The notes beneath the pieces are model-generated. The model ran no database searches and was not told the DNA's origin. It saw only the letters and a list, made by a program, of their open reading frames with translations. A DNA stretch of 63,978 nucleotides, counting the filler, from Stramenopiles sp. TOSAG23-2 (lineage: Eukaryota), in the NCBI GenBank assembly GCA_900128395.1. It is 3 parts of 3 records of this genome, joined end to end, with 100 filler letters (N's around TTAATTAATTAA, not from the genome) between each part and the next. Parts side by side here need not be neighbours in the genome. Positions count along the whole stretch, not along the records: positions 1 to 21,820 come from LT649527.1; 2 more parts are not named here. One strand, 5' to 3'. The first letter of the stretch is position 1, and the number at the start of each line of letters is the position of its first letter. Of the stretch, positions 1-11,484 are shown piece after piece. A program made the translations under genes and the position numbers.

Positions 1-24
1 AGCCACATGTATTTATTATTTAAG

Positions 25-1031
25 ACCCTATAGCTAAAAATCCTCAAAAAACAACGACGACAATAACACCAATAGTAGAAACAACAACAAGAAAAGGAGC
101 TTTAATTGGAACTACTACTTCAACACCAGCAGTTGTACAAACGAGCACAATTTTATCTACAACACAAGTAGCTCGTCCTGTAACCACTAGTAGTAGCACT
201 ACTACTACTACTACGTTGCCCCCACATATGCATACAAGTACACCTTTCCCTGAAATTGAAAATATTATTATTGAGCAAAAAATTGAGTTTCGTGGCACTA
301 CAAAGGAAAAGCTAGAAGCAAGCAAAAACCAAGTAGAAAAAGCATTGGCAAAATCATTAGGTGTAGCAGTTGAAACTGTAAATATTATTGATATTATTGA
401 AGTTCAAAAAAGAAGAAGGATTTTATTAGGAATATACGTGGAAGTTATTTATGAAGTAGATGTAAAAGATGATGTAGAAGCACAACGTCTTGAATTAGCT
501 ATGAAGGCAGGCGAATTTAAATCTACCATTAATAATAACATTCAAACTGAAACACCAGATTTAAAAGCAACTGTAGAAAGTATCGAGGAACCAAAAGTGA
601 CGAAAAACTACAAAAAGAAAAATTCAGATAAAAAAATTATTGAAGACAACAATGATAATGGCCAAGTTAATACTAATAATGATACAAGAAATAAAAATAA
701 AACGATGGAAATTGTAATTATTTCAGTTATAATAATATCCGTAATTTTATGTGTAGTAGGTGGAATTATAATTTACTATTGTTTTATGAAACAAAACAAT
801 GGGTCTGATGATGAATTAAAAAACGATTTGAAAAATGAGCATAAAAGAAGAAACACATGGGATTTAAGTACAATTGAGTTAAATAATCGAAATAATCCCC
901 GGAAGCAACAGAAGAAGGCAAAACAAATGAGAAACAAAAATGGTAGAGATAAAACACCATCTACATTTAGTTTAAATCCAGTCAGAGCTTCTGCAATTGG
1001 TTTTGCAATAGATGATAAATTGACAAAATAG
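25..1031 (+). CDS. 3' exon of a single-pass membrane protein (Thr-rich stalk, SEA-like 'RRRILL' domain, TM helix, cytoplasmic tail); 5' part lies outside the window
   Basis: The frame of ORF 216..1031 stays open back to ~24 and reads Thr-rich (KTTTTITP...TTTTTL). Possible AG acceptors at 23-24 or 32-33. Hydrophobic segment IVIISVIIISVILCVVGGIIIYYCF. Confidence 0.65.
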
Positions 1032-1051
1032 TGTGTGTGTGTGTGTGTGTG
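1031..1051. repeat. (GT)n microsatellite
   Basis: gtgtgtgt... run directly after the stop codon. Confidence 0.9.
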
Positions 1052-1447
1052 AGATTCGTGGTTTTTACTACGTTTTTGTGTGTTGTCGTTGGTAGAGAAT
1101 TGTAAAAAAAAAAATACGAAGGACAAATCATATATATATATAAATATTTAATAAGAGTGAAAAACATGTGTGTAAAATTGAAAAGCACATCAAAATCTGT
1201 CTGTTTTAGATATATATACTGTGTAATGATTTGCTTTTTCTTGATTGATGTGTGTGTGTATACTAATTACTGATTTTATTAAATTTATACAATACACACA
1301 CTTACATAAAAATATAAAAATGGGAGTTTTGATTTTTTACTGTAAAAATAGCATAGCCTTACAGATGCTTTTTCAGTTTGATTCATCTGTTTTAAGGTGC
1401 GTTTGCGGAGTCCTATTCCCTTGCTAAAAAATGAAATTTTTTTATTA

Positions 1448-1684
1448 TGTGTAATCTGTGGTAGAAAAAAGAAAAAGGAAACAAATATAAATACTACAAA
1501 AATTGTTCCTATAAGTGAAGAGTCGCAAAGGCTAATGAAAGTGAAGCAATTACAACAAATGCAACAATTAAGAAGTATTAGAGTGAAGTATGGTGCAGAT
1601 AGTGAAGAATACAAAAATGCAATTGATTTAAATACGGAAAAAGGTAATTTTAATAATAAAATTAATCCGCAGCAAGATGTTTAA
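1448..1684 (+). CDS. C-terminal fragment of a small protein (CVICGRKKKK...QQDV); 5' end uncertain
   Basis: Protein-like ORF 1397..1684 with no ATG start. The second copy (11699-11944) has a different upstream flank that reads ...TCACCCVICGRK, like a Cys-rich juxtamembrane segment. Confidence 0.4.
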   Translation, partial: CVICGRKKKKETNINTTKIVPISEESQRLMKVKQLQQMQQLRSIRVKYGADSEEYKNAIDLNTEKGNFNNKINPQQDV

Positions 1685-1880
1685 ATGAAACAGAATAAAA
1701 ATCCATTTGGGATTTGGGAGTAAAAATTAAAAAAAAATAAATGTGCGTTTAAACGTAAATCGGAGTAAAAAAAATTACCGATCATAAAATTTTAAAACTA
1801 TATTATACGAAAGGTTCGGTACAAAAGTTTTTAACGCTTCGTACTTCGTAACAAGTAAAACGTAAAACATTTTTTACATT

Positions 1881-3251
1881 TTAACACGGTGTTTGACACC
1901 AAATATACTCTTCACCTCCATATCCGCAACTATTGACACATGTATAAATATATAACCCACCCCAATCAATTTCGCCAGGGCCTGTTACATTTTCAATATT
2001 CAAATATGATAATAACTGCGGCATTATTTGAAATTCAAATTGACGCAATCCATTGCAATATGGACACTTGGGTATAGTTTCTAATACATTTGGTCGATTT
2101 GTATCACTACAAAACAATTCTTCCCCAGGTTGCCATCGAGCATAACGCAATATTTGATCTTTAGCAATATCAATACGGTAATGAAAGTAAGTCATGCTTT
2201 TATCTAAACTTTTACTAACAATAGTTGTATTATTACTTTTATTGCTATTTGAATCACCAGTTAATTTTTTTTTGACATCACTGACACATATTGCATTCAT
2301 CACATTGTCTATATCATTCTGTGTAATAGCCACATCTTCTTCTTCTTCTTCCTCCTCCTCTCCTTCTTCTGCTTTTTTCGGCCTTTGAACTTGTTCCTCA
2401 ATAACGTCTTTAAATTTATCAGTAATTGCAGCATTTGCATCCTTTAAGCAATCTGTTTCCAATTCAGACATGATTTCATATATTTTAAATTGAAAAGTAT
2501 CTAGACAATTTGTATCATGTTCATTATCGTTATCAAAAATAGTACGTTCATCATTAAATTCATCATAGGGATATATATCATTCTTCCGTGGCAACTGTGA
2601 TCTGATTATTCGAAATCCATTATGACCACCTTTTTTTAAACATTTTTCATTTTTGCAACAAAAAGCATAAATTGTGCGATGAAAAGCATTTGGCTTATGG
2701 ATTTCATCATCTATTGGTGCATACAATTGCAATAAAAATAACATATTAGCACCACAAACATTGCATGCAAGTTGTTTTTTACTTGGCTTCTTATTGGGAT
2801 TCAACCATATTGGTTTCCCACCTACATGTCCACCATCCCACATAACCCAATTTTTATTAGTATGTGTATGAATCATTTTCTTTATTGAGCCTTTGTACTC
2901 ATCTTCACAAAATCCTAAATCAACTGTAACATTTTCATTCGTTATATCTGATGGTTGAATCAACAACACTTTTTGTAACAATTTGTTGTAGATTTTTTTT
3001 GTCAGATGGCCATCGTATATATCAATATCACGATCGTACTTTTCTTGAATATTTTTCTTATTGTTTTTAAAATCATTTAATTTATCATTTTTCCATTTTA
3101 ATAACTGTTTCCTGTATTTATTTACATTATTAATTTTTGTAATATTATCCTTATTATTATTATTTATACTAGTATTATTATTTTTATTATTATCATTGTT
3201 GTTGTTCTTCTTCTTCTTAATATCATTATTTTGTACGGTCAATGATGCCAT
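1881..3251 (-). CDS. PDCD2: PDCD2/Tsr4-family protein (uS5 chaperone), copy 1
   Basis: GGKPIWL...CxxCG..M.FLLQLYAP...FHRTIY.FCC N-terminal motif. C-terminal QILRY...IPKCPYC...FEFQIMPQLL...DWG.LYIYTC (PDCD2_C). No MYND finger seen, so it may be PDCD2-like. Confidence 0.88.
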   Translation of the reverse strand: MASLTVQNNDIKKKKNNNNDNNKNNNTSINNNNKDNITKINNVNKYRKQLLKWKNDKLNDFKNNKKNIQEKYDRDIDIYDGHLTKKIYNKLLQKVLLIQPSDITNENVTVDLGFCEDEYKGSIKKMIHTHTNKNWVMWDGGHVGGKPIWLNPNKKPSKKQLACNVCGANMLFLLQLYAPIDDEIHKPNAFHRTIYAFCCKNEKCLKKGGHNGFRIIRSQLPRKNDIYPYDEFNDERTIFDNDNEHDTNCLDTFQFKIYEIMSELETDCLKDANAAITDKFKDVIEEQVQRPKKAEEGEEEEEEEEDVAITQNDIDNVMNAICVSDVKKKLTGDSNSNKSNNTTIVSKSLDKSMTYFHYRIDIAKDQILRYARWQPGEELFCSDTNRPNVLETIPKCPYCNGLRQFEFQIMPQLLSYLNIENVTGPGEIDWGGLYIYTCVNSCGYGGEEYIWCQTPC

Positions 3252-3723
3252 AATTCCTTTCCCACGCTTTCTTTCTATATGTAGTAGTTGTAGTAAAATG
3301 TATTGACGTTTTTAAATATCTTCCATTACAATTGATATGTATATTAATGTATATATTTATTATTTTTTGTTTGTTGTTGGCCAGAGTTGGGCGGCCTTTT
3401 TTTTTATTATTTATTATGTTATTTGCTGTTATTTGCCTGGTTGTTTTTTGAGGATTTTTAGCTATAGGGTCTTAAATAATAAATACATGTGGCTTTTTCC
3501 AGCTAGTAGGAACAATATATATTGTATTAACAATCACACCAACATGCGTAAAAAAAATAAAAATTTATTGAAAAATCATATACAAGTATATATATATGTC
3601 GTCATGTACTTCAGTAGAGATATACTACCTCTGGAAATACGATTTATCTGTACACTATAATATATTACGAGTCTAATAAATACTTGACCGACCGTAATGT
3701 TAGAAATATCACGCCCTTTTGTT

Positions 3724-6700
3724 TTACAACTTTGATGCTACAACAGTTCCATTAAGATGATTGTTGTTCCGTTCAACAATCATAACTCTTCCAACATCAC
3801 CATCAACAGTAACCATATCCCCATCTTCCACAATTTGCATCGCATTGGTACAATTTGTTACACAAGGAACTTTGGATTCTCTGCATACTATAAATATATA
3901 TATATACGTATATATAATAAGGAAAATGAATAAAAGAAAGTAGTTGTTGTTAGTATTCATGACATAGTATATGTATATATATTGATTAAGTTCAATCAAA
4001 TATGTATATATATATATATAAATATATTAGTATATATCAATAGTTACATACCTATGGCAGCATGGCTAAGCGTCCCACCAACTTCAGTCACACACGCACC
4101 AGCTTTTGACATGATAAGTGTAAAACTACTGTTTGTAAATTCGCTAAAAATAATTTCTCCTCTTTGCACAAGCATAAAATCTGCTGCACTTCTAATCATC
4201 CTCGCTTTACCAGTATATTTACCTTTGGAGCCAGAATCACCATGTAAGATATTAACACCAGGTATATTCTTATCATTGTATAAACTCATGTTACTATCAC
4301 TCACTTTTGCAATATCAGCAAGACCAAGGATGATTTGGCGCACATTTTTATCTCCAATAATTGGGCTAATAAACTCTGTTACGCCACTTGTCCTACCTTT
4401 GTATGGGCCATTAATTGAGGAAGGCGCATGTGAAAGTAATGTTTGCATTGAATATACATATCGATATTGCAATTTCTCATCCAAATTATCTAATAAAACG
4501 CTATCATCATCATTTATTGCAGATTCATTTTTCAAAAGTGCAATCAATTCATTCTCTGTAATAAATAAAATATGATTGATGTCATGTAAGATAATCCTTT
4601 GAGCATTTTTATGATCATCGTTTTTCCTATTTTTTAAAAATCGTTTTCCTACTGTAAATAATGCTCTACGTAAGATTCCAGCAGCCCACTGCATAAAATT
4701 TCAATGTAAAAATAGCATGTAAAGTTAGGGAGATGGAAACATGTAAATATATATTACATATATATAGCTCTACTATAATAGAAATTATAAACTTACCACA
4801 TCGCTATAAAGGCTTCTTTCATCACGTAAACGATGACATTTATGGGCATCCTCCATTAACTCTAACCATTCTTCTTGCTTTGATCGTATAATTTTTTTTA
4901 ATGCAGCTTTTACATTTTCATCATGTTTTAAGCGAAACATTTCTATATCATCATTAATTATTTTCCAAGCAGCACTAGCAAGTATACCAGGCATTTCTCT
5001 CCCACTGAAAAATGTTATATCGTATCCACCAACTTGGCGATACCAATTTTCATTTAAATATTGTTTCATACTTTCCCGAATTTCTATAGAGTAATTCGAA
5101 TCATTTTGTAATTTATTTAAAATTAGTAAAATTCTTTTATCTTGATCACTTTTTGACAATGAGGTGTCATCTGATATTTCAACAGCATGTCTCAGCAATT
5201 CAAGCGCATCCATATTCTTCACATTTAAAAATGCAGAACGTAAATATTTACCGGCTGAGTGTTCATATACTTGCTCTTTTAAATTCCCCTCTAACAATTC
5301 ATATGCATCAATCTGACTAAGTCCATTTTCACTACTAAATCTTAGAAAAAAATTCACTGGTAACATAGCTGCAGAATTAAATCGATGATGATTGAAAGCA
5401 CAAAATCGAAAATGATTTATTACATCTAAGACATAATTTAACAGATCTTCTGAGGATAACAATGCTTCCGGATCAATGTTAGATAATTTGTTATGCGTTT
5501 TAATCAACTCAGGCCTTCTTTCATTGTCCCAAAACTCTAAATCCTTTAACCATTTTTTATTTTGTAATACTTCTTTGCATTTGCTTTTAAATGATATTGC
5601 AGCTGGTACAAGATTAAACATTATTTTGGTAGCTAATTGCAAAACTAATGTTGGTGTCCATTGGAAGAAAATGTTTGTAAACAACTGTCCAATTGTTGGT
5701 AATTTAGATGACAAATGTTCGTCGCTCCATCCTTCGTTTAATTCTTTTTCAGTATCATCACCAAGGTACATGAAACCATTAATAAATTTTCCCGGAGGTG
5801 CAAAATCACTAATAGAATCAGGCAAATAGGAACCAATATCAGCTTTAATTGCAGCTGCAAATTGGCTTTCATAGCAGTTAGTGAATAATGGAGTACTATA
5901 TATATATATATATGTAATTGTTTTGATTTTGCGGCAAAGACAATACATATATTGTTAGAAAAATGAAAATATAAAAAAGAGAAATACAGCAGGATGTAAA
6001 TGAAATACTTACTGTGGTCGTATGAAATGTTCATTTAATTTCCATGACTCTCCAGGTTTTCCTGGATTTATAAACTCCATAGCTTCCGCAGCATCATAAT
6101 TTGGTTCTACAGAAGTTACAGGCCTTGATTGGAGTAAATATAAATATCCAACTGCATCAACTGCAAATTCAATGTCTTGCGGTATTTCATTGTATAAGTC
6201 TAATAATTTATTGCCATAATTTGATAATATTATTAATTGCTCCTGTGTTAAAGAAGATCGATATTTTAAATGATCTGGCAATTGTTTTTTAACCCAATGA
6301 CTATCAGTATTACTTTGATTATGACTATTTGCATTATTATTATTATTACTACTACTATGGGAATTGTTGAAAATAATATCATAATAATACTCTTTAACAA
6401 CAATTTCACGTACTAAAAGTTTGCCATCTTTTCTTCTTATTAAATATTTATCAGCAGATAGACTGCCGCTGACATAACCTTCCCCTTGGCCAAAAACGCT
6501 TTCAACGGTAAACTCAGTTATGCCCCCACTATTGACATTCAATGTAAACATTACCCCAGATGCTTTGGAATCGACTTGCACTTGGATGACCACTGCCATT
6601 ATAGGCTTTACACTCGTGAGAATCTTACCATCATTTAATTGCTTCAAATAAAAATATACATTTGGCATCCACAACGACGCCCAACATTTTTTTAAACTCT

Positions 6701-7148
6701 TAAAAACTTCATCTTCATTCGATTGGCCTAAAAATGTATCAAAAATGCCTGCAAACGATGCGGAAGCGCCATCTTCAACTGTTGCACTAGATCGAACGCT
6801 GACAGGCATATTATCATTAGCCTTTAAAAAAGTGCGTATTTTATTTTTGCAATATTCACTCAGTGATTTTGATATAATTTTGTTTGAAATATCTTTATAC
6901 AATTGTAAATCATTTTTTTCATTATGACCAATATGTCTATACAAGTAAGCTATTTGGCTATTCAAACCATCTATTGAATTGACATGGTGTTTATACAAAT
7001 CTGTTGCGCATAATAAAGCATTTGGTACTGGCTGAAATTGCGAATTGACAAAAGCGGAAGCTATTAGCTTTAAATTAAAACCCTTTCCACCAAGCTTAGA
7101 TGCGTCTAATGTATCAATTAATGCAGCTTCCTCAAGTGTGTACAACAT
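3724..7148 (-). CDS. PEP-utilising phosphotransferase with rifampin phosphotransferase/PigC architecture (ATP-grasp, substrate domain, His-swivel), 4 exons, ~1011 aa, copy 1
   Basis: Exons 7148-6013, 5895-4797, 4688-4052, 3887-3724, all GT-AG, total 3036 nt in frame. Motifs GGKG, VRSSATVED..ASFAG, SGVMFT, DIEFA, LLQSRPVT. Splicing rebuilds EHFIRPHTPLF, LYSDVWAAG and the phospho-His motif GGTLSHAAIVCRE. Confidence 0.9.
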
Positions 7149-8047
7149 GTTTTATATACCAGAAAAACAAGATAAATAAATAAATATTACATATATATAT
7201 ATATATATATATACGTATATAACTTTTCTTTCTCTCCGTGCACTGGATAAAGTTGTTTGTAAATGATACAAAATGATGGATTGATTTAAGATATGTATAT
7301 ATATATATCTAGATAGCTGTAGGACAGAAATATTATTAAATACATTTATATTTTATTATTTATTTCAATTTAGCTTCTGCTTCATCATCATCAATGAAGG
7401 AAGAAAGGGTATTTTTTAATTCTAAATTCAATACTAAGGCGTAGAGTACACGCGAAGTTTCGTTTGCAAAGACCCTTAAAGTTTGCGAAGTCTGTATGGT
7501 AATGCCATTATAAAAAACCTTATTTTCTCCAGTTTTTTAATCAATTTTTGCACATTATTTTAGTCTATAGTAAACAGTGTTATTTTATTTTTAAAACCGG
7601 TTTTAAAACCGGTTTGTAATTTTAGTCCTTTTTTCAGTGCTATTTACATAGTAGCCAATTTGAGACCATGTCTGTGTACGGAAGGCCTAAGTTTTCTCGG
7701 ACAAACTCTATAGGTAAGTATAAATTTTAATACTCTAACAGAAAAATTCGGACAGAATGGCAGAATGGCCAAAAAAAAGATTCCGGAATATTCATAGACT
7801 ACAGACAGGACAGTATTAATGCTATAAAATGTACTTGATATATTTTGATACACAAACACTTAAAAAACAACAGACCACTTTTCATCAACCAGAAAAGAAC
7901 TTCTTTCTGTCGTATTACTACTCCCCTAACAAGTACAGTACATCATAAGTGAACAGAAATGAAATAAATACATGTGTAGGAATTTTATTAAACACACACC
8001 CATATATATATATATATATCGTATATATTTCATTTCATAATTAAAAA

Positions 8048-11000
8048 TCATATTGTTACAAATTGCAAACCATCAGTTAAGAAATTCTTTAAATGTAAAA
8101 AATGTTTTGAACTACTTGAAAATAAGTCCGTTTGAGTTTCAATGACTTTGCAATAATCATTTAACTCTTTCATACGAGCAGCTAAAAATTCTGCATCATA
8201 GGAATGGAACCATGTTTTTGCAGGCAAACCGGACGCGACAATAATATTGTTCTCCATTAAATAATCATTTAAGCTGTAAAAATCAGAGACACGACGATAA
8301 ACAGCCCATTGATTTGGCGTTGGTTCAATTTGATGGATTTCCAGTAAATATTGTGCAAATTTCCTTCCTTGTTCTTTTTCCTTTGCAACTTGGACAAACG
8401 AAATTTGCAATTCTAATTTACAATCTGGTGGCATAATCGAGTCTAATTCTCTGTTTATATCACGATATTGTTGCACAACTTTGCGGCGTATTGCTAAAAC
8501 GGCATCTTTATGTACACCAATTCCATGTTGTACTTGCTCAACATATTTAACATTATTCTTACCAAATAATTCTTGACAAGCATCAATACGAGATTTTAAA
8601 TTTTGCAAGATCTCTTGTTGAACTTGAACATGATTATGCAAGGATGTCTCATACATTAAAGTGGATTCGTTTGCTTTATCATAACTAGCAGATTGCAAAT
8701 AACAGTTTCTCCAAAACACAATAGAGGATGGTAACTTGGATGGTTTAATAACCATATCGAATGTTTCATTTGGTTGATATTTAAGATTCTCAAAATACAA
8801 CAAATTTTCTTTCACAAAAGACCATATATCAATGCTTTCAAATCCATTCTCTTCTTCCCTTTCTTTTTCATTATTATATAAAAAATTCCCGAATATACCA
8901 GAATATAGATGTATGCTTAAAAAGATCAACAAATTTTCATTAAATTCAAAACGATGTGGAAATTGGTTATATACTTGGAAAACAACATCTAACCATTGCA
9001 AAAATATAGGCGAAAAGTCACGCCCAGATCCTCGATTTACATCACTATTCCTTCGATCAAATTGGTGACCAAAACAACACCACTCTTTCTCAATTAAGGT
9101 TGCAAAACCATGTATGGTTCGATAATGACTATCCATCAATAATTGTGTAGTGGCGCATATTTGGGGTGTACGATCCCAGCCATCACTACAATGGACAATA
9201 GATGGATGTCCAGCCTCCAAAGCATCGGTAACAAGACTAGTGCCATGCAATATAGAAAATATATGCTGCAACCATTGTGTCTGCCCTATGTCGGAATAAA
9301 AATTGAATTGCGCAGTAAAATTTTTCGCATCTAATAATTTTCGACACGTTAACATTACGTTGATCAATGAATTTCGCACTGTATGAATATTCTCGATACC
9401 AAGAAAATTCAGTTTTGCAAAATCTTCACCACCTAATGAACTAATATTTTCATAACCTTTACCGGCAATTGTGTTGCCCATTGCATTGATCCATGGCCTG
9501 GCATCAAATACGTGTAATACTTTATGATTTTGACCACCGGAAATGTGATAAGTATTATCATCTTCTCCACCATATAGATCTATACAATTTCGAATTGCTG
9601 TAAGAACCTTACGATCTGCAGTAGAATGTCCACCTATAATTCCTGTTAATGGTTGAGAGCAACGGCATAAGCATGCTCCATTTTTTTGATTTATCCAACA
9701 CAGGGCTACGAAGCGATTTTTACTTCTAAATTTAGCAGATTTCTTTAAAGTGATTGTATCGATTGAACGAGGGATTGCTAGCAACTTTGGGTATGTTGGG
9801 CACAATTTAAAATCCATATTTTCATTTGTTATTTTCCAATATGAATTATTTGCAAGTATACCAAGACGTGCAAAATCCAATTTTACCCGCCTTTGACCAT
9901 TGCTTATCTTATCATGATCAAATTCAAATTCGTTATTTATTTTATCAATAGACGACGACGACGATGTTTCTCCTGTTTCTTCCTTTGTAGAGTTGAATTT
10001 CATTCGGCATTGTTGTAAATCTCTTCTATATGTATTAGTTTCATCCCCCATTAAAGACAAAAATAATGAATATGCATATCCTCTTTCTGCAATCCTCCAA
10101 CGCACTTCTTCCACCAAACGTTGTGCAGCCATTTGTACGGCTTTGATCCATATCTTTGGATCTAATGCAAGCGATTTTCTTTGTTTTGCTGCTTTAACAA
10201 TCATACTATTAGTCGCTATTCCCAAAGATTGAATATTTTCCTTAGCTTTGATATAAAATATCCGTGTATCAACATCTTTACAAGTAAATGTAATGGTCTT
10301 AATTAAACGTTGTCGATGGCCGTCTTGACCATATTGTATTTTAGAGTAATGCTTTTCATTTGTAACATATTTTAAATCAATAGCAGAGATATTACCATAC
10401 CATAAACTAAATGCTTTGACGTATATAATATCTTTAACTGATGTATCTTCATACGGGCAAAATACGATTCTATATTGAGTTGCATATAATGAGCCTAGAT
10501 TACCCATGTGATTTACTTCTTCAACAATATCTAGAACCACTTCACCATCTCCTGGAAATACTTTGGATGGATTGTTATTATCTGTTCCTCCTTCAAATTT
10601 AAAATAAAGGCTTGGAAATGCCAATACAGGGCATATAGATATCAGCGTACCAAACTTTGTTTCCCGTTTCTCAAAATCACGATCTAAATTAATTAAAGAA
10701 GCAATATTATTGTTACTACTAATACTATTAATATTAGCGATAGAAGCAGTATTAATCGGACTATCGTTCAACTTATTTGCATTGCGCCAAATTAATTCGA
10801 TATGAATTTCTCCTTCCGCTGTTGAAGGTCTTACTAATTTATGCCAAGCATCTTTGTATATATGATTTTCCTCAGCGTAGTGCACAAACACCCTACAGCT
10901 TCCAAGTAAATCATCAGCATTTGTATTATCCCTATCGTAGACATCAATGATAAAATATGTGGTATTTTTATCTTGTAAAGCAGACAATGGTAGTTGAAAC

Positions 11001-11263
11001 CTTTCATTCCATGTTGGATTTAAATTGTTTTTTATAACAGTAGTTTCACCGAACTTTCTAGTAAAAATTTCACCACCTGTATGGCAAAGTAAAGACAACT
11101 TACAATATGGATCTGACTTTCCAGTTAAATCCGCATTTTTTAAATTCCTTGCTCCCACAACATGTACTTCTAAAACAACTGGGACCGGCAATACATCATT
11201 ATTATTTATTTGTGGAATGGTTTTGTAATTATTATTATTATTATTATTATTATGATCGTCCAT
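8048..11263 (-). CDS. Myotubularin-family phosphoinositide 3-phosphatase with N-terminal C2, PH-GRAM-like and C-terminal PX-like domains, copy 1
   Basis: Intact catalytic VHCSDGWDRT plus CPTYP, RSKNR, CRCSQP, DARP, EKEW..FGH.F, SPIFLQWLD. C2 motif ARNL..AD..GKSDPYC...NLNPTWNE. PX-like W.VYRRVSDF..L...LPAK. Start placed at ATG 11263. Confidence 0.93.
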   Translation of the reverse strand: MDDHNNNNNNNNYKTIPQINNNDVLPVPVVLEVHVVGARNLKNADLTGKSDPYCKLSLLCHTGGEIFTRKFGETTVIKNNLNPTWNERFQLPLSALQDKNTTYFIIDVYDRDNTNADDLLGSCRVFVHYAEENHIYKDAWHKLVRPSTAEGEIHIELIWRNANKLNDSPINTASIANINSISSNNNIASLINLDRDFEKRETKFGTLISICPVLAFPSLYFKFEGGTDNNNPSKVFPGDGEVVLDIVEEVNHMGNLGSLYATQYRIVFCPYEDTSVKDIIYVKAFSLWYGNISAIDLKYVTNEKHYSKIQYGQDGHRQRLIKTITFTCKDVDTRIFYIKAKENIQSLGIATNSMIVKAAKQRKSLALDPKIWIKAVQMAAQRLVEEVRWRIAERGYAYSLFLSLMGDETNTYRRDLQQCRMKFNSTKEETGETSSSSSIDKINNEFEFDHDKISNGQRRVKLDFARLGILANNSYWKITNENMDFKLCPTYPKLLAIPRSIDTITLKKSAKFRSKNRFVALCWINQKNGACLCRCSQPLTGIIGGHSTADRKVLTAIRNCIDLYGGEDDNTYHISGGQNHKVLHVFDARPWINAMGNTIAGKGYENISSLGGEDFAKLNFLGIENIHTVRNSLINVMLTCRKLLDAKNFTAQFNFYSDIGQTQWLQHIFSILHGTSLVTDALEAGHPSIVHCSDGWDRTPQICATTQLLMDSHYRTIHGFATLIEKEWCCFGHQFDRRNSDVNRGSGRDFSPIFLQWLDVVFQVYNQFPHRFEFNENLLIFLSIHLYSGIFGNFLYNNEKEREEENGFESIDIWSFVKENLLYFENLKYQPNETFDMVIKPSKLPSSIVFWRNCYLQSASYDKANESTLMYETSLHNHVQVQQEILQNLKSRIDACQELFGKNNVKYVEQVQHGIGVHKDAVLAIRRKVVQQYRDINRELDSIMPPDCKLELQISFVQVAKEKEQGRKFAQYLLEIHQIEPTPNQWAVYRRVSDFYSLNDYLMENNIIVASGLPAKTWFHSYDAEFLAARMKELNDYCKVIETQTDLFSSSSKHFLHLKNFLTDGLQFVTI

Positions 11264-11442
11264 GCTGGAGATACAAAAAAAAAATGATTCCCTATACAAT
11301 AACTTTTCTTATTCGTTTTCCTGAGCCTGAGCTGAGATCGTATAGAGAGTGATAATCTAAGTTGTAGTTTGTGCCTCCTTCATCATATATATATATATTT
11401 GTTTTTAATAATGATCCATGATCCACAAATAATACGTACCCC

Positions 11443-11484
11443 GATATAATTTTTAGTGTGCCGGCCAGTCGTAAATTTTCGGTA
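11443..11484 (-). repeat. 42-bp dispersed element, copy 1
   Basis: The reverse complement TACCGAAAATTTACGACTGGCCGGCACACTAAAAATTATATC is identical to 43849-43890. Confidence 0.9.

Noticed and set aside
3724-7148. Four separate ORFs, or a pseudogene of PEP synthase
   Set aside because: Canonical GT-AG introns join them into one in-frame CDS, and the PEP synthase C-terminal barrel is absent.
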